Source of the DNA: the human T2T-CHM13v2.0 reference genome, Homo sapiens
DNA: 64,000 nt
Reading direction: 5' to 3' (one strand)
Assembly (NCBI RefSeq): GCF_009914755.1
Contig: NC_060933.1
Shown here: one piece after another, positions 53,093 through 64,000 of the stretch
Numbering within the stretch: the first letter of the stretch is position 1
How the letters are laid out: each line of letters begins with the position of its first letter
Made by a program: the position numbers and the translations under genes
Notes under the pieces: generated by a model
Databases searched by the model: none
The model's input: only the letters and a program-made list of their open reading frames with translations
What the model was told of the DNA's origin: nothing

Positions 53093-54865
53093 CTAAAGTG
53101 AACACAAACACTTAAACGGCACAAGGAACTGCTGAGGTCTCACTCTTGGGTAACGCAGCCCAAGAGATTTTCTGACACCCGATCCACAAGCCGAACAATC
53201 ACATTGCAAAATGCTTTCAATGTCCAGGAACAACCATTCAATCGGCCATCATGTGCCTGTCATCTGGTCCTGAGTGCTTCTGAGAAGGGCAGTTTGGCCT
53301 TTATTCTCTGCAAACCTTTCTCTTTCAGAAACCACTACATTTTTCTAGACTTCTTCCCACCACACTGCCACCCAGATATCTGCAAAGGTCAGTTCTTACT
53401 ACAGACTGGCTTTGTATATGACTCTGTACGTTGGCTAGGCATTTTCTTAGGTGAAGAGAGATGCTGGTTTAGTTCTAGACAAATAACTATAATTAGTCAG
53501 AGTGGTTTAACTGTTCATTGACTAGTCTATACTCTGCAGCAGGAATAGCAAGCAGCATGTCCTTCTTCAACCAACACAAGATGTAATTTGGGTGCTGAAT
53601 GCAAAAGATACAAAGTAGACAAAAGATACACTGTCCAAGAAGTTGGCAATCTGTGGAAGCTTGCGTGCACACACACACACACATGAGCGCGCGTAATACA
53701 AGGCAGTATACAAATGTCACATGAGGGATAGAAACCAGGCAAACATAAGCAACTGGAGAAGGGAGACATCTCTCTTTGAGCAGAAGTAGTCTTAGAAGTC
53801 TTCCCAGAGTAGAGATGATCAGAGAGAGGCTGTGAAAGGTGGCGAGGGTTTAGACACACAGTTAAGTTTGTGGGGATTTTCAGGAGGAGAAGAGTCACAG
53901 ACAAAGATAGAACCCAGGATGCATAGCCTGGTATCAGAGTGTTGGTAGAGAAATCCAAGAATGTGCAGGGGATATACCCCTCCTAAAAATACATGCTTCC
54001 AAAGTGGTAGTTTTTCAACAATATTGAAGGACGGGCACTAAGTCTCTGATGAAAAGAATTCAGCAGAAGCTGTGTGATTGCAAAGGTCAGTCAGTTCAGT
54101 ATGTAATTGGAATATGGGCAGCAGGACTGTGAGATGAATTGACCACGCTGATTGAAACTAATGTCTTTTTAATATGGCAACTTCCCTACCAGCCAAGGGG
54201 GCAGGCCTTGTCCCAAGGCCCAGCCCCTTACTGGGGAACCTACTTCTAATAAAACACAACTACATCTCAGTGCTGTGATAATCCTCATAAACACGTGCAT
54301 TTTCGAATCTTGGATTGAAAGAGAGACAAAACTCTTCCGATAAAGGAATCACAATTATAAAGTCATCTGAAAAGGAAGGCAGGAAGAAAGGAAAGGAGGT
54401 AGGAAAACTGAAATCAACTTGACTGCTTGCTAGGCCTTTGTCACATCCTCACAGGAGGAGAACTGAATATAAAATGAGCAATTAGGGTGAGGTTTAGAAA
54501 TAACTTCTAGGCTCTGCTTCTTTATCCTCTCTCCTTGGTTACACAGGACTGGCTCTGGCAGCCTCGGGGCAGGGATGCACATATCTGTCCCCAGAACCCA
54601 CAGCTGAAAGAGAAGTCACTAAGGAAGAAAGCAAGATGAATTACTTCTCTTGCTGGTTGTTTCCCATAAACTAAAGGAACACTTGGGGTGTACTTTTCAA
54701 GTCATTGTTTATCATCTTTGGAATTAAATTAACCCTGTTAAACAGAAGAAAAGGTAAGGGGCTTCACAGGTTCTTGGCTATCACTGGGATCTTGACTGGG
54801 GTTAGTGGGTTTCAAGAAGGGAAAAGCTGCGGAGGGTGACACAGAGTAGTTTCCAAATCAAAGGA

Positions 54866-55024
54866 GCAATGGTTCTCAACTGCGTTCCACCTAAACTCTG
54901 AGATATGATAGTCCCTTAGGAACAGCTTTGTCAGTGATGCCCAATCCCCTGGAAGGCAGGTATACACACTTGGAAAAAGAAAGTTTCCCCAGTGATTCTG
55001 ATCCATGCCCCTTGGGAATCACTG
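54866..55024. mobile_element. MER5-type hAT-Charlie element
   Basis: Terminal inverted repeats 'caatggttctcaa' / 'ttgggaatcactg' and 'ttccccagtgattctgat'. Confidence 0.65.
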
Positions 55025-55109
55025 CAATGGAGGGAAAGAATATAAATGGGGACAAGCTAATGAGACCAGTTTTCCCTGACTAGAAAAGAAAGATCCTGTG
55101 TTCTCGCTT

Positions 55110-55620
55110 AGAAAAGCAAGTGTGAATAATCTTTGAATGTGACAGGCTGAGGTTCAAATTCCAGGTATTTTACTCTGTGTGCCCCCTCTGGGTCTCGAAG
55201 TCCTATTAAGGCATGAGGTAACAGCAGTCACTTCACGCAGGGCTGGTGAGGGGCAAGAAGGTGACGTGAGTCAAGCACCTGGCACAGTGTCATTAAGCAG
55301 GAAGTTGATGAACACTAGTTCAATCCATTTGATGCGGGATGAAGGATGGGGTTAGGAATTAGATGAAAATATAAAGAATGTTCACTCTTTGGAACATTAA
55401 AGCTTGATAACAAAAGATGGAAGTTCTTATGGAATGGCGTTTAAAGTTTAAACGGTGCTCTCATCTTTGTGACTCCTTTGTCCCTCACAATCATCCTCGA
55501 GGATCATTAGAAGGTAATGGTGGCCCAGGAGGTTAAGTCATTTGCCTGACATCACAGAGCCAGCAAAGAAATACAGAGGTAGGAATAGACACCACATGTA
55601 GATCTGTGATTATATCACAC
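55110..55620. mobile_element. Two MIR fragments (+ then -)
   Basis: 'gaggttcaaattccagg...gcacctggcacagt' and 'ggaggttaagtcatttgcctgacatcacagagc'. Confidence 0.6.
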
Positions 55621-55684
55621 AGCCTCACTGTTTGGCAGCTGTACCACCCACTATGTATATTTTTTCAGCACTCACACCATAAAT

Positions 55685-56500
55685 ATGCTCACTTAGCAAA
55701 TATGTATTGAGTGCCTACTATGTGCCACTTGCACTGTCAGTGAACAATGCAGCGAAGACTTCTGCTCTCAGAGAGGGCAGTGGAGAGGAAAGGCAGGGGA
55801 AATCAACAACAGGCAGGAGACATAGTAAATAAGTAAAGCCTATAGCATGCTACACACAGATAAGTGCTATGGAGGAAAAGAAAAGAAAAATTAGAGTAGG
55901 GTAAGGGAGATCGACAATGTGAGACTCATGGGAAGATGCCAGCTGCAATTTTATTTTTATTTTTATTTATTTACTTTTAGAGACAGTGTCTCACTCTGTT
56001 GCCCAGGCTAGAGTGCAGTGGGGCAATCACAGCTCACTGTAACCTCGAAATCCTGGGTTCAAGCAATCCTCCTGCCTCAGGCCACCACGAGTCCCCCACA
56101 AGTAGCAACGACTACAGGTGCATGCCACTTAAAAAATTAGCATCTGGCTAACATATAAATTTTTTTTGTAGAGACGGGGTATTGTTATGTTACACAGGCT
56201 GGTCCTGAACTCCTGGCCTCAAGTGATCCACCTCCTCCCAAAGCACTGGGATTACAGGCATGAGCCACTGCACCTAGCCTACAATTTTAAATACAATGTT
56301 AACAGTAGACCTTATGGAGAAGGTGACGTCTGAGAAAAGCCTTGAAGGAGGTGAGAGAGTCAGAAAGTGGGTAACAGGAGAAGAGAGTTCAAAGCAAAGG
56401 GAACAGCCCATGCAAGGAAGCTAAGTCAGGGGCATTCCTCCTGGTGTGCAGCAGGAACAGCTGCCCTTGTGGTAGGAATGGCTGTAAAAGGGGAGGGTAA
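55685..56500 (-). mobile_element. L2a, interrupted by an AluJ
   Basis: 'caaatatgtattgagtgcctactatgtgcca...taagtgctatggagg...gagaaggtgacgtctgag...gggaacagcccatgcaagg'. Confidence 0.75.
55954..56279 (-). mobile_element. AluJ with rearranged middle
   Basis: AluJ-type 'aatcacagctcactgtaacctcgaaatcctgggttcaagcaatcc'; near-TSD tgcaatttta / tacaatttta. Confidence 0.88.
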
Positions 56501-56514
56501 CTTAAGGGAAAGTT

Positions 56515-56527
56515 CTGTTTGTTTTGT

Positions 56528-56558
<31 letters not shown>

Positions 56559-56560
56559 TT
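56515..56560 (+). repeat. (GTTTT)n microsatellite
   Basis: Seen directly. Confidence 0.9.
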
Positions 56561-57354
56561 AAGACTGGTGCAAAAAAGGCTTGGGTGCTGTGAGCACACT
56601 GCCACTCTTCCTGGCAGAGATGTGGGTTGTCAAGGCCCCTCTCAAACCAAGCATGCTGTTCATTGAGTGCTTGCGTTTACATCGTACCCAAACACCTGGT
56701 CAATTTGAAAAAATTTCACCAACCCTTTTGCTTAGTATAAGAGCATGATGTGTTTTTCATCCTTTCAACCAGTTAGGTTGGCTTTATGTGCAATCTAAGA
56801 GGCATAAACCACATACTTATGCAGTGACATGGATTCTGTCATCAGGCTTTTCACCTTTGTTCTAATCTTGAGATGTAACAGATTTTGCAGTAAAAGCCTG
56901 AGCTTCCAGCTATGAGATGCATTTTAGACTTCTCCCAATTATTTACACGGTGTCAGATTATAAATGTCTGATACTACAAGAATTAGTGTCGAGCTGCAAG
57001 AACAAAGCAAATAATTACCAGCAGCACACATGGAGGACTGTGTTTCAAATTCTCTCTTGCTGCCACCCTGACGTAAGCAAATGATACTGGTCGTGTATCT
57101 CCTGATCACAGCCACAGTAACACTCACCACAAATCAACTTCCACCTGCACACAGTTCCAAAAATAGAGCAGCACAGAGACTTCTATGCGCTAGAGAAAGT
57201 AGTCGGTCTTAGGGATTGAAAAAGACACAGTTCAGATGCAGGACTTGTTCAAGACTAACAGGAACTGAGCATCTGCAGTTCTTGGATAAGTCCCTCAAAG
57301 AGCTCAGAAAGTCTCTGAAACTGTCACCTCAGCATTTTACTACATCATACAAAG

Positions 57355-57430
57355 TGTATATACTATAGTATGCTATAATATCTGTACATGTATATGTATA
57401 TGTATATGTATATGTGTATACACACTATAT
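57355..57430 (+). repeat. (ATATGT)n / TA-rich simple repeat
   Basis: Seen directly. Confidence 0.85.
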
Positions 57431-58319
57431 GACACTACATTAGAGATAAAAACCAACTTTGGAGGATGGTTCAAACCACATAATGTGGGCTATCAAAGAA
57501 CAAACCTGAATCAATAATTCATATTCATTTTTAAATGATTTATAACATTTTATATGTGGTTTTGATGCAACTGAATAAGAGATTTCTCATGGTCCTTTGC
57601 AAAACCTATCCTAATCAAACTTAGCTAACTAATGTTTAGTTTAATAAGTTAATGCCACCATCAGGTAGAGACAAGATTGTATCCTATACACAGCAAATCA
57701 TCACAGAATACGGCAATCTGTAGCTTCATATCTGCTTGATATGTGGTAACTTCAAGGCTTGGGTAAATTCTCTTTATTTTGTGCTTTACAAATATAAGCA
57801 TCCATTGTACATTAGTCAGCTTTCCTATTCAACAGTTGAACACTGGTAGAACCTCATTTTCAATTAATATAACATTGCACTTAACAGAATGAGGTTACTG
57901 CCACCGTTCCTCCTGGGATACCTTGGGGCTTAGAGACTTTCCTTGAGCTAGCTCTAAGAAGTATCCAGGTATTCTGTCAGAAACAAGCTGCAAAAACACT
58001 TGCCAAGCTTCCTGAAATTTTTCCAGCATGTGACCAGCTGGGCTTCACCAGGGGAATTCACAAAGCAATAGTTTTTTCAGTTTATCGGGCACAACATATC
58101 TCTAACATTTGAAGCTCCCCCAGCGGTTATTTGGGTACCCTCCTTAGCCAAAGAGTAGAAACCAGACACACACAGTCACAAACAAAACATGTTAAATAGC
58201 GGCTCGGTTAGTGTGTTTGTTTGTTTTTAGTCTCCAAAGCACTTAGGCACTTCTCAGATGGTTTAATCAAATCCCTCCCTAAATATAAGACAGGTGGTGA
58301 CAACTTAATGTCTAAAGAC

Positions 58320-58530
58320 TTGCTATGCCTAGGCATTGTGTTAGGACCATTAGATAGAATTTCTCATTTAATTCTTACAGCAGCCTGCTAAAATGTCAGC
58401 CCACTAATATCATCCCTATTTCACAGGTAAGCAAAAAGAGGCCTTAGAGAGATTAAGCAGCTGATGCACACTGCATGGCTAGGAAATGCTACAGCTTACA
58501 TCTCAGGTCCTGCGCTTGGTTTGATACCTT
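58320..58530 (-). mobile_element. MIR
   Basis: 'atgcctaggcattgtgttagg...ctcatttaattcttacagcagcct...atccctatttcacaggtaagc...gaggccttagagagattaag'. Confidence 0.75.
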
Positions 58531-58754
58531 GATGATTATAATTCACTCCATTCATATTTTAGGTTTTCCCCCTTTTTAAGAGCATATTTTATAAAAGCAC
58601 ATTTTCAGCATGCGTTTTTAATGGAAAAATCCTTATCCAGTCCCCAACCTGGTTCTATCCATTTATGCAAAAAATATTAAACTTTCTAAAATGCAAATAT
58701 GTATGCACTGCTTGGTGGCTGGATTTAGCAAAAATGCCCTGTCCTGATTCCCTA

Positions 58755-59320
58755 AAAAGTTAAACATAAGCCTACCCTATGACCCAGCCATCTCATTCCT
58801 AGTAATTTGCCCCAGAGAAATGCAAACATCTGTCCACAGTGAGACTTGTAAACAAGTGTTCATGGACTTCTTATTCACAATAGTCAAAAACTGGAAACGG
58901 TCCCACAGGGAAGTGGATAAACAAAATACAGTATGCATCCACCCAGTGAAACAGTATTCCACAAGGTAAAGAAATGAGCTACTGATACATGCAACAACAT
59001 GGATGAATATCCCAAGGTGATTACGGTAGTGAAAGAAACCAGACACAAGAAAGTATACACTATATGATACCATTTATTCTAGAAAATGCAAACTAATCTA
59101 CAGTGACAAAACCCAGATCAGCGGCTGTCTGGGGCCAGGGGCTGAAAGAAGACTGGATAAAAAAGAGACATGAGGCAACTTTGGAGGTGATAAAAATGCT
59201 CTCTCTGTTGTCTTGTTTATGGTGGTGATTTCACGGAGGTACACAGCTGCAAATCCCATTGCATTCTCTCTCTAAAAGAATGTAATTTACTATACACAGA
59301 TAAAACTTCAACATATTTGA
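58755..59320 (+). mobile_element. L1MB8/L1ME1-type 3' end
   Basis: 'aaagttaaacata..taccctatgacccagc...gatacatgcaacaacatggatgaat...tagaaaatgcaaactaatctacagtgaca'. Confidence 0.85.
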
Positions 59321-60029
59321 AAACAAATTATATAGGTTTGTACGCATTTACATATTGAACTCCAGTGATCAAATCTTTTTTAAAAATATACTTAAAAATT
59401 TTTTTAAGTGGCCAGTCCTTACCCAGTGCTACACATGGTTTGAGCTATCTGCATTATCTGTTTTAGATTCTAAGTTCCTGGTACTCAAGAACAAATTTTC
59501 CTTTTTAGTTTAAGTCCTGTGCAGTACCCAACACAGCATTAGGCAGGGAAAGTATTCAGAAAATTTAAACAAAACCCCATTCTGCTATTTTTTATTGTTT
59601 TCCAAAGAAACCCTTGGAACACAATCTAGAGTGAGCCTGCTAGCTTGGCCATCAGACCCCAAAAAAGTGTCATCAAGGAAATGTTTGCTTTTGTTCCTAA
59701 ACATATAAAGATTGCCAAAAACTCCAGACGGTGGGTGAAAAATCACCTGCAAGAAAGTCTCAGAACTTTTCCAAAATCCTTTTCGTGTTAAGAGACGTGT
59801 TAGATTTTGTGGCCCACAGAGCGAGCATTGCTTCTGAAAGCCAAGTGCAATCCTGTGTGCTTGAACTTTCAGGTTTTCTACAAGACAAAGGATAAGGGGA
59901 AAGAAGGTGTCAACACAGAGCTCATCCCACAAGAGGTCAGAGACCAGCAAGAATTAGCAGCTCTAGGTTTGCTCCCATCTCCTCTCCTTCCTGTTGCAAT
60001 GAGACAGAAGCCTTTATCCATGTGACTGA

Positions 60030-60312
60030 GGGTGCTGGTTCACAAACTTTGTTACTGACCCTCAATTAGGTAAGTACAGAAACTGAGTGTTTAAAAACTC
60101 ATACAGCATTTTGACTTTGCTGTGATCGGTGGCCTCAATGCTCGTTAAACAGGGTATAGGCTGGATCCAGGGTTGTCAAACAAGGGTGGTGAATCTAGTC
60201 ATGAAGAGTAAGACCATGTTTCATTCATAGAGGATAAAATTAAGAAGGAAAAACAAAAAAAAACAAAAAAAAAAATACAGTGGTCCTCCTCCACAGGTGG
60301 TTTGAGAGGCAG
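60030..60312 (-). mobile_element. Probable hAT-Charlie relic (MER119-like)
   Basis: Minus-strand start 'gcctctcaaaccacctgtggaggaggacc' resembles the MER119 terminus. Confidence 0.45.
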
Positions 60313-61195
60313 AGTTGTATAGTGCTGCTTAGTCCATGAAAGTTAATTTTTCCCAAAGTGATAATGCCAAGAGCCAGAGCGAGGCAATTCTCTAATAGCC
60401 AGTCAAATCCATGCAACCCCCCAGTCTGTCTGCAGGTGTTCAGACCGAGACTGTACAGTGAATTAAATAAACCTTCTCAAAAAGGAAGTTTATCCAAAGT
60501 GCTGTGTTTCCATTCTAATTAGCATCACGGCTGTACGAGCTGCAAATACGGCTGTCATCACATCAAGAATCAAAATGAAGGTCATGATAATGACTGTGTG
60601 GATAGAATTTATTATTTTTTTTCTGCATCCCTGTAGGAACACACTTATTCTTGAATCAGCCCCATTAGTTTTTGGAGCAGCCAAGGTAGCAGACACAGAT
60701 GGGGCTGCTCCATGTGGCCACTGCTTAAATCTAATTAGGGCAGAACTAAATGAAGCCCAGGAAACTCAGTCTCTTCATTTCTCCTGTTTTTCACAATGAT
60801 TTACTGGTGGGAAGCTCAGAGTGTATGATAGATAGGTTGCCTCGCATAACATAGGGAGTGCATGGGAGGAGGTCTGCTCTTCCTGATTGCTGATAAAACT
60901 GTACCGATTCACAGGGCAAAGACAGAGGCCAGGACTTTTAAGATTACAGGCAAGATTTACTTAATTCTTCTTCTTCTGTATAACAGCTCAATTGTCACAA
61001 TCTTTCCCAACTTCACCGATTAGATTGCTTCCTCCTGTTTATCACAGATATGACCAATTTAGATCTGTGATTCTTAGATTGGTATCCATCTCCCCTACAG
61101 TTCAGTAATCTCCACAGGGCAGTAATCATGCCTGTCGTGTTCATCACTCGATCCCTAGCACTTAAGCACAGTGAGGAGTAATAGAACATACTCAA

Positions 61196-61497
<302 letters not shown>

Positions 61498-61530
61498 AGA
61501 ACGTACTCAAATAAACATGTGCTGAAATAA

Positions 61531-61914
<384 letters not shown>

Positions 61915-62756
61915 TGGCCCATGTTTTAGATCACATGATAGAATTAATCATGAGTCTCACATAATTATTAAAAATTTTAAGGACAGAGGATAGGCCACAG
62001 AGGTCTTATTATCAACTCAAAAGAAAATATTCATAAGAATTCAGGGGTAAGAAATATACTAACAGTATTTAAATCATGGTTTTTGCCCATGGGGAGTTTT
62101 ATAAATGAAATAGCTCTCTTTTCTGGAATAATCAATAGATTATTGAGAAATAATAGAGAAAGAGACCTGGGTTATTCTGTATTATAATTAGGACAAAATG
62201 CTACAGGTAATGTTTAAAAGTAGAAGTCATGATAGGGAAGAACAAATTTGCTAACATAATCTATGCTTTGAGTCTAATCATAATCCCTACAACATTAACA
62301 TTATTAATTATAAATAGTAAAAAACCTGAGACTATATGATTAGTCTACAAAGGCTTTCTTCCAACATCAAGATTATAAATGCACAGGTATTCAATCAAAG
62401 AGGCCCTCAACACTCCAGTGGCTATCTCAGTTTTAGTTGAAGAGAGTGGATTTACCCACGTAGTATTTACTGAGAAACAGTGTCATTAGACAGACTACAG
62501 ACCAGTCTCAATCATCAAGTCATATAAACATAGGTCCATTAATTTTTTCCTAGCAAACACAAATTATTTTTATCATTGTACTATCTGAATAATAATGCTT
62601 TTCTGTTATCATGAAGCAACAATGCCTACAATGAGTTTCATTAACATGCACTGAAGTATGAAAGCTCAACAAAAGCATAAAAATCTATGTACTTTAAACT
62701 TTATTGTTCTCCATTTTCCAAAAAGCATTTGAGATGACCCAAAAAGGAGGAAAAAA

Positions 62757-62777
62757 ATCTATCTATCTATCTATCTA
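62757..62777 (+). repeat. (ATCT)5 STR
   Basis: Seen directly. Confidence 0.85.
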
Positions 62778-63039
62778 AGTATACATATATGAGACAGAAG
62801 GAAAAAAATTCATCTGCATACATAATGCAGTTCAAAATAAAGTAATTCAATAAAACACAGATCATTTTGTGATAAATAATATACTTCTAAACCTAACTAG
62901 TAGATATTTTGACATCTCTTTTCTTTAAGCATATTTATTGGACTATTTTTAAGATATGCATTAAAGCACTTTTACCAATATCATTTTATCCATTCAAATT
63001 ATCAGGGGAAAAAGAGGTAAAAGTGATAAAATTAACTTC

Positions 63040-63215
63040 TATTGGCCAAACACTGTAAATATGATCTCATTTAATCCTCACAATATCCTTTCAAGGTCGT
63101 GTTACTCTCTTATAGATGAAAAGAGAGAAACAAAGATAAAACTTACACACCTGAGAGGAGGTGGGGCTGAAGTCAAACCTAAGACTGTCTGACACTAAAT
63201 TCCATGGAGTCTCAT
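63040..63215 (-). mobile_element. MIR
   Basis: 'ggccaaacactgt...atctcatttaatcctcacaatatcc...tatagatgaa'. Confidence 0.7.
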
Positions 63216-64000
63216 GATTTAAGGCCACATGTGGGAGAGGGAGAAGGAGAGGGAGAGAGCAATGGGGATCCTTTACATGTCAACCCTGCCCCATCTTTCT
63301 CTCAGCAATAAATGTGAGCCAAACCTTTGGACACAAACACAACCTGACCGACTGCAGTGTAATCAGTTCCACTCACACAGTAGTTAACAATCCACTGGGA
63401 TGCAATGTTAGCAACCTGGCTAAAAGTACACATTTATTTAACTGAACAACGCTTAGCCATTTCAGCGTCACTACAATGACTGCAGAAGATTCTGAAAGAT
63501 CCATCCAACCAGGTCTTTAAGGCACAAGAAGACAATGTAATTCACAAACAGTGTAATTTAGCAATTATTCACAGCAGGAGTTTTGCTAAAATAGTTCACA
63601 ATTGGACATACTAGGATGCTTTTCTCATTCCCAGATTTGGTAAAGGACAATCAGTTCATTTGAGGACTGAAACATTTTCAAAATGCACTGTAAAATTAGA
63701 CATATTCACTCCCCCCACCTCATCTAGGTTTGAGGCTCTTTTTTTCTCCCAATTCTATTGTTCAGTTAATCTGTGCATGCATGCCAGAATATTCTAATTT
63801 AAATCTGAGCCTGGAACATGCTATATTTTGTTTCTAGCTGCAAGAGTGTGAATGCCATAAATAACATGTACTGTGCTTGTTCTCTGTTCCTAAACAGTCT
63901 GATAAGCTCATACTGAAATCATTTCAGCAATCACATTTGACAGCTCTCTAGAATCCTGTTCTATCCAGCCTCCTAACCAGTCCATTATTTCTGCCAGTTT

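Overview
This is primate (human-like) genomic DNA, AT-rich and repeat-dense, with no CpG island, no recognisable protein-coding exon, no RNA gene and no CRISPR or prokaryotic features. Much of it is interspersed repeat. I count 13 Alu-family elements (AluJ, AluS, AluY and one FLAM, several with target-site duplications, TSDs). There is a two-LTR THE1B provirus with a perfect 5-bp TSD, solo MLT1C, MLT1D, MLT1J/K and MER21 LTRs, two large decayed L1M elements with nested insertions, L2/MIR relics and DNA-transposon relics (MER2, MER5, MER20, probably MER119). The large L1s and all MaLR LTRs lie on +, and the long free homopolymers are A on +. This suggests an intron of a large gene transcribed on the minus strand, but I cannot name the gene. 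Most long ORFs in the track are repeat-derived or low-complexity; the rest match no protein I recognise. The best leads are (i) minus-strand exon-like segments that can be spliced into one open frame, (ii) a compact CCAAT/GC/TATA/Inr promoter on +, (iii) two long poly(T)-GCAG acceptors, (iv) a closely spaced inverted Alu pair and (v) several non-B DNA motifs. I cannot support a claim of a novel biological system. Repeat subfamily calls come from remembered consensus sequences, and boundaries of old repeats are approximate.
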